From Botryllus schlosseri (lineage: Eukaryota): a stretch of DNA of 64,000 nucleotides. The translations under genes and the position numbers were made by a program. The notes under the pieces were generated by a model. The model saw only the letters and a program-made list of their open reading frames with translations, was not told where the DNA came from and made no database searches. Each line of letters opens with the position of its first letter. The stretch's first letter is position 1. This document shows, piece after piece, positions 1 through 12,008 of the stretch. Where the stretch lies: the NCBI GenBank assembly GCA_051294905.1, contig CM119372.1:25174001-25238000 (forward strand), in the 5' to 3' direction.

Positions 1-313
1 TAATCCTTTTAAAAGCCGCCTAAAAGTACTTGAAGTAGAAGTAGAATTGACTGACTGACTTAAAATCTACTCAAGTAAGTAATTAGTTGTGAAAACGGTC
101 GTAATTCGTTCGTATGGACTGTCAAAAGTTGCAAATTGGGTTATACCAGTGGTTCTTAACCTTGTCTCCAGCGCCCCCAGGGGGAGATTTGTATTTTATA
201 GGGAGCGGAAACGCTCAGGGGCGATATGGGGTGCGCTGGGCTCGGGGGGCGGTATGGGGGGCGCTGAACAAAATGGCCTCGCAGTAGCTGGTATAGTAAT
301 GATATATGATTCT

Positions 314-1642
314 CAGAGGTGGTCAGTAACGAAGTACTTCTACTTTTTCGAAGTACTCAAGTAGTTATCCTCTACTTCTGTTACTTACTCAAGTAGATCT
401 GATTTTTGCTACTTCTACTTCGTAATATTTCGTGATCTACTTACTTACTTTTCGCTATTTTCAGTTTGTCAAGTAGAAGTAGTTCAATCTTCCAATCAGG
501 AAGATAGCATGAAGAATTTCCGGGCTGTTTTCACGGAGTATCAACATTTAATTTTCATAAAAATTGAGTAAAGCCCAGAATTTTCGTCGCGCTTCGTGCG
601 CAGTGGATACGGAGTTACCAGTATGATTTCACGAAAGTATCGATGAATCTAATTTAGGTAGCGGTTGGCGTGGTTCCGTTCACACAGGGATATATAGAAT
701 TAGATATCTCGGTATCCTGGCGCTCACACCACATTGTCCTCCTTCGCCCTATGAAAATTCATCCATGTACATATGCATCATCATAACGTTTGAGACTGAT
801 GTTTCGCAATGTAACATTTACTTGTCATATCGCAATCTAGCATGTCCATGGCGCGGCCTAACCTGGATAAGTGGACTCTGACATTTTTTGTTAGTTTAAG
901 AGCTATTTTAGCATACCACCTTTGAAACTTTCTGGACTAAAGGCATGAAAAACGTGCTCCGCTTTTAGAAGTAGTATCTACGTTTCATTTTCAATTTCCA
1001 GTATCATATACTTTGAGTTATAATTAATATCAGTTCTTTTGTCTGGATAACATACATGTTGAAGTATAAAAGCAAGTGTAGTAATGCCTTTAATTTCCGG
1101 AAATAAAGCTACACAATATCGCATTTTTACGGTCCACTATATTTTAGATTAACGTCTACTAATCGCGCAAAGTGTTTACACCGTATCCTATACAACTTCT
1201 CCGTATTGCTCTTCGACTAAACTACGCACCTTATAATATGGAGGATGGCGTTATACCATGCTATTTTCTAAAACGTGCAGTTCGAGAAAACAGAGGTTAA
1301 GTATCGCATTTCCATATCAATCCTGTAATTTTCTTCCCATGCAATGGAATGCTTATGCTATCGAAAATTGGATGCCTGCTGGTATGCATCAATATGAATC
1401 AAGCTCGTCACCTTTCGCATTGCTCAATTTGCACCTTTTTACAATCCATGTGAACGAATTAGGATCGTTTTTACAACTACTTACTTACTTGAGTACTTTT
1501 AAAGTCAGTCGATTCTACTTCTACTTCAAGTAGTTTTAGCGTGCTTATGGAAGAAGTACTTCTACTCGTACTTGAGTATATTTTTACGTCGCTACTTCTA
1601 CTTCTACTTGAGTAGCTTTCTTGACTACTTTGACCACCTCTG
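314..1642. mobile_element. hAT-type non-autonomous element with CTACTT/AAGTAG sub-terminal arrays (family X)
   Basis: TIR CAGAGGTGGTCA / TGACCACCTCTG; perfect TSD ATGATTCT (306-313, 1643-1650). Confidence 0.9.
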
Positions 1643-1760
1643 ATGATTCTATACAGTAGAACAATAGTTCTATATATCGCCGAGTACTCATTGCAAACTG
1701 ACCTTCGACATAATCTGTCAAATCACGACGTTTTTCGTCGCGCGCCGGGCGCAATGTACA

Positions 1761-2110
1761 TAGGGTTACCATACGTCCTCTTTTTTTGACTTTTTTGAAA
1801 GTGTCCTCGGAGGACACCCAAATGCCCTCTTTATTTGAGATTTTGTCCTCTTTTTGAGAATTTTGGTCAGATATAGGGCTAAATTCGATAAGTCAGCACT
1901 GCAGCAACGCTCCGGCGGCTATTTCGGGAGCTGGACCAGAAAGTTGACCTTTTTTAGTCAAAAAACTGTATTTTCGGAAGTTGACCTTTTTTCAACCGAC
2001 CACTAAGTGGGAAAAATTTACCATTTTTCCAGGATTTTCCTCCGGTTTTGCAAGTTTTAAAATTTTTAAAAAGTGTCCTCTTTTCAAATTTCCATAATAT
2101 GGTAACAATA
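1761..2110. mobile_element. hAT-type MITE with GTCCTC repeats
   Basis: TAGGGTTACCATA / TATGGTAACAATA imperfect TIR; TSD AATGTACA/AATATACA (7/8). Confidence 0.75.
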
Positions 2111-2711
2111 AATATACACCGACTATGTTTCCATGTATGCAGTGGTATATTGTAATTCATGTAAATTACGCGTACTTTTGGATTGCCAATTCCCCGTCAT
2201 AACACTTTCGTCAAACTAACTCGTTTTTTTTCCACAAAATGTTTCGAACTAGGTATTGTAACCAGCGGCAGTGTCGAAATCGAAAAGGCACTGTACAACT
2301 TTTGAGCGTGATGCCCTTTGTAAATTAAAGATCTTCGAAGCTTTTCGGCCAAAATGATTCCTTAAATATACTTGAGAGCTACAAAATTAATCGTCAGAAT
2401 ATTTATTCAAAGGATGATACTGCTTAGTGTTTTAACCAATATTCATGCTCAAGTTAAGAGCTTGGTTCAGTACTAAGTTTATTGTGAGCAAAGATATCTA
2501 CCACATTCTCAGTTCATTTAGTAGTCACACAAAGCAATAAAACAAAACCAAATACAATCAACTTCACCGTATATTGCCAATCGCGTAGGTGAATTCGGGA
2601 TGTGTACTGTACATTGAGCTCAAACCAAATGATGTGAGCATGTAGGCCTTACCCGATGAATATTATAACAACAATCTTGATTTGATCCCGAATATAGCTC
2701 ATACAATAGGC

Positions 2712-4862
2712 CAGGGGCCGGCAACCTTTTGTATGGAGCGTGCCAAAATATCAAAAATTGTAAAATTTACCAGCTGGCCTGCCAACCATTTTTAATTTTG
2801 TCATATTTAACGTTTCAAGCAAGGAATCACACCAACCACCTATCTGTAGCTGGCATCGGTTACGTCAGTAATTCGTGCAGTATTGGTCGCGAAGGGTATA
2901 AATTTTGGTCGCTACCGCCTAATGTCCGCAATGTGTGCACCATTTAAATTTAGTCGCGTAATGATCGATCTCCTGTGGTTGCCTCGATCGTTTCCAAGTA
3001 TACTGTGTTTGGCACCATAGCCAATAAGCAGGGTTGCCATCGACATAGACCCAAAAATAAGGACAGTCGAAAAATTAGATTAGCATGAAAAAGCGTTTTT
3101 GAACATACTTTGTATTTATAAGAAGCGTGGTATATCACATTCCATACTATTCGCCAGAAACAATCTGCTCCAGCAACTCCTTGTTATTAGAAAGTGCTCA
3201 CGACAGCTCAGCTCTAGGTTTACCTTTACTCAGGGCCGAAGCAGCTCTTCGTCACCCCTCCACCCAAAAAATAAACGTTGGACTTGCCCCCCCCCATAGG
3301 GTGATAAACCAAACTTCTTCCCCTCGTTGCGATTAGAGGCGTCAACCAAGATGGAAAAAGACCGTACACCATGTTTAGACAAAATCATTTGTGAGCGCAT
3401 GGAGCAAGAACTCCAGTAACAATGCTTGTAGTCCTGGTCCTAGCCGAATAAAACTTATTTGTGATGTTAAAATCGGGGAATATTGCTTTGAACAATTGCG
3501 ATGTGCAATCGTTGGTGAGGAATGATTGCTGGCGTTTGACAGTATGGAATGCCCAGGTACCGTCTGCAGCAGCAGCCTTGTCGTCTGTGGTCGTTGGTGC
3601 TCACTGCTCATTGACTGGTAGTAAAATTATTCATCGACTGGCTCTAATTAATCATTATGACACACTTCTTGTGTTTGGGGTATCAATGTGAGTTTAAATG
3701 GCGGTCTTTCCTATGGCCTCCAGATTAATGTTACAATTGCAGATATTGCAATGGGCGAAAAACTCGCCCTTGAAACTTCGTTAGATATACCTTTGAATTA
3801 TCTCTCATAATTGTCACGAAAAACGTTTTTACGCCTGCTCATTTTAACTAATCAGATTTAGCCTTATTAGTAGCTAAAACTATGTGCGCAAGTGCAATAT
3901 AATTTAGAACAATTTATCAATGACTAATAGCTTTACTACGTTTTAACCACTGTGTCGACTGCACTGCGCCTTTTTTCACTACGCAATAAATGCTGCCTTC
4001 CCGACAGCTTGAGCTTATTCTGCTGTAGACCAAACAGCAGGAACCTGGTACTGCTGTTTACTGATAAAATGACGTCCGCCGTGGTAGCTTGGTACAGACG
4101 AAACCACTCACGGCCCGAGCTATCACCATTTAGAAGTCAAATCTTATGGTGTGTACGTCACGAGAGGTCCTTTCCTTTATGATGTCATGAAATCTCGACG
4201 CAAAAGCATAATTTATGAATATTATGCAACACAGATACCAGAGGAAAACGGTCGAAGTTTCGTAGTGGTTGAAAATAAGACAAAATAAGGACGCAAGTCA
4301 AAAATAAGGACATTTCTTAGAAATAAGGACAGTTGAGTTTTCTAAGACGTGGCCCTTCAAAATAAGGACAAATCTTAGTAATAAGGACGGTATGGCAACC
4401 CTGCCAATAAGTGACAGGCTCATCAACGATTTTAGGATGAGATGACCTGACGATAAAAATGTGCCAACCCCTGCAAATCATTTTGGCAACGCACACAGCG
4501 CATGGAGATGCATGTTGCCGAACGCGTGTCTAACATCGTGAAAATTCCCTGGGCCGAAATGCTGGTTCCTATAAAATATTCGCGATCCCTCAGGTTGCAC
4601 AGTGCACATGCACGCTCCTAGACTAAAGCATCCAAACAGTTTCATCCGATATTAGGTTGTCGCATATAAAATATGTATATGATAACTTAAACCTGCCCAA
4701 GACTTTGTATTATTTTGATTTATCAAGTAATTTTAGCTTTTTTCATTTTGATAACTTATGTGACATGTTTTGCAACAAACATGGTTATAATATATCATGT
4801 TAGTCAAATCATTTGGCCTGCCGTGAAAAACTATCTGGTGTGCCGGGGTTTGCCGACCCCTG
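2712..4862. mobile_element. hAT-type element (host of 3029-4403)
   Basis: CAGGGGCCGGCAACC / GGTTTGCCGACCCCTG termini; no TSD recognisable. Confidence 0.6.
3029..4403. mobile_element. hAT-type element with AAATAAGGAC sub-terminal array
   Basis: TIR CAGGGTTGCCAT / ATGGCAACCCTG; perfect TSD CCAATAAG; about 6 AATAAG(G)AC copies at 4273-4390. Confidence 0.88.
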
Positions 4863-6829
4863 TCGAGTGGTCCTCGGGCGCAATTCAAGCGTGAAATATT
4901 TCTAATAGTGAAGTCCCAATCCGAAGCCGGACTTCGGCCACTTATCCATTTTTTTACTAGTCTATATAATAGGGGGCGCCAGACCCAGACCATTTTTGAA
5001 AGGGGGCGCTGGAGGAAAAAAGGTTAAGAACCACTGGGTTATACGAAAGGTGCAGAGCTTGATTCATATTGGTGCATCCCAGGAGGTATTAATTTTCGAC
5101 AGCTTAAGCATTTCGTCCACGTCATGGGATGTAAATGATATCATTGATATGGGAATGCTATACTAATTCTCTGTTTATTCGAACACCCCGATTTAGAGAA
5201 TATCATGGTATGGCGCCCTCTCCGATATTAAAAGGGCCGTAGTTTAGTCCAACACTTTGCGCGAATAGTGAACGTTAATAAAAATATAGCTGATCGTAAA
5301 AATGTCATATAGTGTAGCTTTATATTCGGAAAATAGAGGCATTACTACACTTGCTTTGATACTTCAACATGCATGTTCTTCAGACAAAAGAATTGAAACT
5401 AATTAGAACTCAGAATATGATACTGGACATGGAAAGAGGAATATAAATACTGCTTCTAAAAGTGGAAAATATATTTCATCTCTTTTGTCCAGAAAGTTTC
5501 AACGGTGGTCTGCTAAAACAGGTGTAAAGCTAAGAAAAAGTCGGAGTCCACTTCTCTAGATTAGGACACGCCATGGGCTGCTTGATTACGATATGATAGT
5601 AAAATGCTAGATTGCGAAATGGTAATTTCAAACGCTGAGATGAGCCATATTGACTGTGACGAAATATTTCATATGGGTGACGATGCGGTGTGAACGGAAC
5701 CACGCAACCCGTTGCCTAAGTTATAATTACCGATACGTTCGTGAAATCATATAAGTCTACTGTACATGAAGCACTCTTCTGCACTCCTGTCCAAAATACA
5801 GCGTATTTTTACGCGAGTGAAAAATGCTTGCTGGCAGAAATCGTTTTTGAGAGCTGACAGAAAGGTTCCGCGAAGCTCCAGTTTGCCGAAAGGATGAAAA
5901 ACCCACATGTTTGTGTTGAGGCTTTTGCCTAATGTGGTGGTACATAACGGTCAAACGATCAAGGCATATTAGAGCTCGCTACCTTATGATACATTGCTCC
6001 AACTTCTTTCTCGCGAGTTTATGAGAAGAGCAAATAACTCACGATACTGCGCGTTTTACTCTTTAGCTCAATCTAACTTGAGAATTCATTTAATTCAGTT
6101 TAATAACGGTAAAGCACGCTTTTAGACTACCACCAAAACCTGAATTTTTGTGGCATTTCGCGATCCGAGCCTCACCCATGAAAAGGAATTCATTTTTGAT
6201 ATTACAGTTGTATGCTACGATTTTACGGGCATGTATGACATACAGAACGCATATACACCACAATTCTACCCAACACAGCTCTACAAAACATGTAGGACTC
6301 ACGCGATTTCAAATTAGGACGAATTAAATTCCTCTGCGTATCGCTGTTGTGGCCTACTACTAGCCTATAATGTCTACTCAGATTGCAAGAACGGGACTAT
6401 TAGGTGCTGTGCCGACAACGGAGCATATCCAATCCATCTCGAAAGGTTTGGCCATCCAGCATCGGTCATTTTTAGACCGAGGTTTTGTCGCCACTTATGT
6501 TTTTGGCACCGCATTTTATCAGCGGTTTGTTCGCCAAAACTTTACGTCTTCATGTGCCCCGACGCAGAAGGGGTTGGCCTCGAAATGAATGAATCTCACC
6601 TGAACTCGCTCGTTGCACGCCCCTACACCAGGTCATCCCAACGGTCTTCGACCATGTTTTCCAGAAAAAACAGTCGGACAAATCTTATCATGAGTTCTCA
6701 TGATAAAGCCATACTTTCTGCGTGTCTCGCTTATTGGCTACAGTACCCAACACAGTGACCTTGGATATGTAAAAACTATCGCATGATTTGCTATAAATTC
6801 AATAAATATTACATACATATTAACAGATA

Positions 6830-7100
6830 GCTCTGGCACCGTGTCGACCCAAAATTATACACTTTGCGGTCCATACTTTACCAACCCTTGAAGGGGCAAA
6901 GATTTGGGTACAGTAACTTGCAAATGTGAGTCTGTAATGATGGTATTTACTACTATCCCCGTGCCTCCCGCTAATGCTAATCGAACAGTTAATACGAAAA
7001 TACGATACCTGTTTAGCAACGGAAAGTAGAAAGTCAATTTGAAGTAATTTTCCAGCCTGTCGCAGGATCAGACGGGCTGATATACTATATGTCTGCCACT
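6830..7100. repeat. Dispersed repeat, second copy at about 9780-10030
   Basis: Both copies start CTGGCACCGTGTCGACCCAAAATTATAC and stay collinear to GACGGGCTG. Confidence 0.75.
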
Positions 7101-7489
7101 ATATAGATCAGTGGTTCCCAACCTTTTTCGGTGTCATGGCCAAATTTAGAATTTCAGAGTACGGTCGGGGCCGCACGAATACCAGGGCAATGAAACGGAC
7201 CCAAAATAGTCATCAAAATATGAAAATTGGCCTTTTTCCGATCAATCGCCATTGGCCATAATTATGGTCATTTGTGTTGCTGCGCTCAAATTGTTAAGAA
7301 CAATCGACCTTTGGTGGCTATTTCGGAGTAGTTTTATTGCCCTGGCGAGATTTCAATTAGATTTTGGAATCAGTGTGGCACTAGCTTTCGATAAAGACCG
7401 GACCCATCAAATTATTCGGACACTTTGGTCGTGAGCTATAGCACTACCAATTATGCTGCTTTCGGGGCGGTTTAGTAAGTCAGCTTTTA

Positions 7490-7790
7490 GCGCCTATAGA
7501 CGCGCGAAGCGCGAAAATTTTCTGCAATTCACGATTGAATCTGTCAATATGATCGGGAATTGCATATATATTGCCATCAATTTTTATCCTCTCTCTGCTC
7601 ACGTAATCAATTTTACAAGTAGAGCCGATGGAGGTGTGTTGTTTGAAAAGGCAGGGCCTCTCAATAATAATTGAACATCTTTGGGAGTATACCAGTTGGC
7701 AGGAACGAAACAGCACTTCGTCAGCCCCCCTAAAAAAATAAAAATAAACTTGGGTCTTGGGCTCCCATTGGGTGATAAACCTTGTTCGCT
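7490..7790 (-). repeat. Dispersed transposon-derived family; further copies at about 9379-9686, 43512-43870, 43930-44230 and a fragment at 3231-3310
   Basis: Shared blocks CGTGAGCAGAGAG...ATATGCAATTC...TTGACCGATT and CGGTTTATCACC...CTGACGAAGTGCTGTT. Confidence 0.75.
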
Positions 7791-8584
7791 TTTGCCACGA
7801 AACCAGTTGCACTGTTTAGTGAGCCAGCGCCAAGCGCGAAAATTTTCGATATTTCATGATAAAACCGGTCAATATCAGTGCTTTTCAACCTTTTTGAGCT
7901 TCATTCGCACTTTTTTTGTAAAATAAATTTCATTCGCACAAACTAACCGAATATTGATATTCAAAAAGAAGATGAAAATACAACATTTATTTGCGCAGAT
8001 GTGCAACAAATTGGCCACTATGTATCTTAAGCAATCAAGTGTCTCATGAAAAATGCTACTATTTTCGCTCGTTTTGATTTCAGCTATTTCACTAAATCCC
8101 TTTCACTAGTTAACTAGTGCTTGGATGGTCATGTCTTAAAGCAGGGGTCACCAACACGCGGCCCGCGATGTCATATTTTGCGGCCCGGGATCTGTTTTCA
8201 TAGGAACGCCCAGTACCGAAATTCATTTTTGTTCAAAAATATAGTCGACGTTGTTCAAAATGTGCTATTCTCCCTTTAGAAACGCGAAACCCTCTCCTTA
8301 AACGTGAAACGCCATCTTTTTGTAATGGCCCTTCAGACCCTAATACTCGGTTGCAATTCAATAAGTCGTATTATCAGTGTTGCGCGTGGACAAATAACGA
8401 AATGCGTGATACCAGTTAGCGAGATTCGTCATTGCGCATTGCATTGCAAATGTAACGTGACACGAGCGACACGATCTCCCGCTAAGATAATTGCGAAATC
8501 AGGTCATTTATTGCGGCGCGCTGGGCAATCGTTGCTAGCCTGGTTTATCGCGTCTCCAACAAGCCTAGCTCCGCTGGCTTGAAT

Positions 8585-8745
8585 AATCGTATCTGCAATT
8601 GGCCGTGTGTTCACGATATCATCGCTGGTAAACACAATCGCATCTGCATTGGCTTGGTGCGCACGATATCATCGCTGGCCTGCCCAATCGCATCTGCAAT
8701 AGGCCTAGTATACGAAAGATATCGCTAGCCTAACTACCGCGTTTT
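8585..8745. repeat. Degenerate tandem repeat, about 50 bp, about 3 copies
   Basis: AATCG(C/T)ATCTGCA..GGC...GATATCATCGCTGG units start at 8585, 8636 and 8686. Confidence 0.75.
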
Positions 8746-10949
8746 GGGCCTACCATACTTTGGCCGGGGCTACGTAAGACGCATTGGTCAGCGCGCGTAT
8801 TTTATTGTTAGATGCCTTGATAAGCGCAGTTATTCAATTGTTCACGACAGATCAGGGAGTCGGTAAGTAACAGCTCTTTCGGACTCGTCGACAAGCTTAC
8901 CATACGCGTATAATCGTCAACACGAGGATGTTGTATAATCGTCATTTACGCATGTACTTAACCCTATGATGAATTGCTGCTATTTTACCAGGGTCGTAAC
9001 TGCCGCACCCCAAACCCAATTTATGCAATATTTTCAAAAATATTTCGCGCTAGGCGCAATTTCAAGTCGTCAAATATCTTGATTATTGGGTGCTCTTCCC
9101 CTAAGAAAAAATACGCAAGAATTATAGAAATGGGCATATCGGCGTTGGCCATTACTGCGGCACGAAGCACAAAGACATATAACGTTTTGGGTTATAAAAC
9201 ATGCGACTCCAAGAAGTGTGCCAGAACGATCGCAGCGAGACAAACACACAAGACAAATACCATCATGCAGGAAAAAATTATATGCCAGTGAAGAAATACC
9301 AATCCGAAACCGTGTGATCTTTCAGTCTAGAGTACGTTTGAGCGATTCTATATTTTTGATATAGCAGACAGGAGGTCACGAAATAACATCATATAACGAA
9401 GTCATACCAACGGGTCCGCCCGCCCGAAGATGTTCAATCATTATTTACGGACTCTACAGTTTCAAAGACATCCTCACTCAGCTCTGCCGGTAAAACTCAT
9501 TACGTGAGCAGAGAGGACAAGACATTGATAGTAATGCATTTGCAATTCCTGATCTTATTGACCGATTTTATCATGAATTATTGAAAATTTTCGCGCTTAC
9601 CGCTGGCTCACTGACGTTCGGTTTATCACCATATGGGGGCCCAGGACCAACGTTTTGAGGGCTGACGAAGTACTGTTACGGCCCTGTATATTATTAAATT
9701 CGGTAAAAATCGAACCCGCTCTTCTATTTCAACCACCCTCCCCCTTTTTTTCGGCTGGCTACGCCGAACAGACAGACAGTCCTGGCACCGTGTCGACCCA
9801 AAATTATACCCTTTGCGGTCTATACTTTAATAACCCCAAGGGTAAAATTTGCGTTACTCTAACTTGCAAATGGCAGTCTGTAATGATAGTATTTACTACT
9901 GTTCTCGTGCCTAGCACTAATCGAACAGGTATTATGGAAGTATTGATGATTGTTTAGCGAAAGTAAGCAGAAAGTGAATTTAACGTTATTTTCCCAGCCT
10001 CTGACGGGCTGCTATATGTCTATCACTACACCAGCTTCCAAACCAGGGTTTTGGTTACGTAATAATTGTAGTGCGATAATATCAATTCACTACGGCTTGT
10101 GAGAGCTACGATTAGTGGTGCGTCGTATTAATTTGCCAAGGTTTATTTGAATTATTCCACGTCAAAAAAGTTAACAATTAACCACGATTTTCCATCGCAC
10201 TTGATCCGGATTTTCATTCGCACTATTCGCACCACCGTCGTCATTCGCACTGCATTTTTTTTCATTTGCACAAGTGCGAACCGTCACACAGGTTGAAAAG
10301 CAACTTTTTGCAATTCCATTTTTTTCATGCAACATTTTACAAGTTTTTCGATTTTCAACAACTTTTGCCAACTTTTTTCGATTTTTCATGTAACCTTTTG
10401 TAAGTTTTTTTTTCGATTTTTCATGCCACTAAGTTTTTACTGGTAATATTTGACATTATATGTAAATAGATTTCTTGATAATTTCACTGTCGTTTAAAAT
10501 TTAGGTCTTTTCTGATTTGACGTACATTCATGATAGACCGCCGAAAATTATATTTTCACTGAGTCATTTTTCCAGGCTACTATAGCTATGTTGAAGTCGC
10601 CAACCCTGAGTTTTGCTACGGCTTCTTGCATACGGGTCGATTCGAGTATCTCATACCCTTATAATTTCAAGTAACTTGTCCATAAATGCAACTTTTGTGA
10701 AAAATAAATGCAACTTTCCACGGATTTGACTGCAACAAAAACTTGCCCTGGTTATTTGCTCAAATCTGTACCCTAAAACTCGCACTTCATTTGTTCTTCA
10801 GAATCTACGTCAGTTCAAATCAACCAAATAGAGCAGTAGAGATGTTTATTTGAAGACTATTGAGTTACTTTCGTTTGCTAGTGGTTCATGAAACGTTTTA
10901 TGCAACAAACACAAAATATCAAAAGCGGTACTTTTATGTGGATTATGAG

Positions 10950-11083
10950 ACAATGTGTTGGGCGCCTAACCCAAAAACCTGACGTGATAGAGAAAAACCG
11001 AAGTCATTTTTGAATCCAGCGCTCCAAAGTTGGTCGCAAATAACTGTCACATCGAAGTCAACAAAAATTTGTGTCTCCTAGTG
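10950..11083. mobile_element. Possible Chapaev/Transib-like right terminus fragment
   Basis: GTCATTTTTGAATCCAGCGC...TGTCTCCTAGTG ending in GTG; assignment from recalled resemblance only. Confidence 0.3.
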
Positions 11084-11342
11084 ACCTATAGTTGACGTTC
11101 AATCTTACGTGACATATACTGCTTTACCTCTACCTACAATTACCCACCCATCGGTCTCAGTTCAGTGGGATATTTCTGATCCGGCAGTCGATATGGTCTT
11201 TCGACCGTTCACGTTTCGCCGTAACTGGTGTTCAATCCATATTTGCTGCAGACTCTTGAATTTTATATCTGAATGTTTCGTCGCTTACATGTTCAGTATA
11301 CAGTGTCTTGCAATCCCTTGGTCAACTCCAACTCCATTTATT

Positions 11343-12008
11343 TCAAGAAACGAGTTGTATTCCTCTCGCTTTCAGAAATCTCTCCACTCCATCTTGTGGC
11401 ATTTCCAGGTCTAGGTACTCTCCTTTAATGCACTCCTTGTTTTCGCCTCCCCACCACCATTCGCGCAACGATGGAACTGTGAGCATTTGCCGCCGTTCTT
11501 TCGGTATTTCTTGTCTTTCCAATATAATTTGACAGAGCTTACAGAAACTGAGCAGTTCTCCTTTCTTACCATAGCGTTCCGCGCGCTCTCGGTAGTTTGG
11601 CTGCGTTCTCCATGCAAGATATTTTCTATACTCGTCTTCGTTAGTTGATAGATGAATCAAATATTGTACTAAATCGTCGGTGCTTTTAAAGTCTTCTACG
11701 TGAATAAACGAATATTTCGGCGCGACGGCTTCGACATCTTCTTTCTTCGGGCCCCAAACAACTGGAACAGTTCCCGCTCGTAGGCCGTTGTACCAGAATT
11801 TCTCGGTGATATAGTCTTTGCAGTGGTACCCATTTTCAAACGCTAAATAAAACTTATATTCCGACAACGCTTTATAGAACGACTCGGTATTTTGACCCTC
11901 GCCAAGCTGCCTATTATCGAAACAAGCGCCAAACGTATCCAAGTCCAAACCTGCTGAAATTAGCTCTTTGGCGAGTTTCATTCGACGATGTACGCTGCAG
12001 TTACTGAC
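11343..12008 (-). CDS. Fucosyltransferase exon 4 (GDP-fucose-binding domain)
   Basis: TTCGCAG acceptor; VSNC...YKFYLAFENGYHCKDYITEKFWYN...FCKLC; TGA at 11345-11343, followed immediately by AATAAA (11342-11337). Confidence 0.93.
   Translation of the reverse strand, partial: VSNCSVHRRMKLAKELISAGLDLDTFGACFDNRQLGEGQNTESFYKALSEYKFYLAFENGYHCKDYITEKFWYNGLRAGTVPVVWGPKKEDVEAVAPKYSFIHVEDFKSTDDLVQYLIHLSTNEDEYRKYLAWRTQPNYRERAERYGKKGELLSFCKLCQIILERQEIPKERRQMLTVPSLREWWWGGENKECIKGEYLDLEMPQDGVERFLKARGIQLVS

Larger units (their letters stand above)
147..5036. mobile_element. Non-autonomous hAT (Buster-type termini) element enlarged by nested insertions
   Basis: TIR CAGTGGTTCTTAACCTT / AAGGTTAAGAACCACTG with sub-terminal CTCCAGCGCCCCC; perfect 8-bp TSD GGTTATAC (139-146, 5037-5044). 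Confidence 0.9.
1..5770 (-). mobile_element. Older inverted family X copy (1-146 plus about 5045-5770), split by the 147-5036 element
   Basis: 1-146 matches the reverse complement of about 1420-1540. 5045-5755 continues the match to about 620-1415. Confidence 0.8.
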
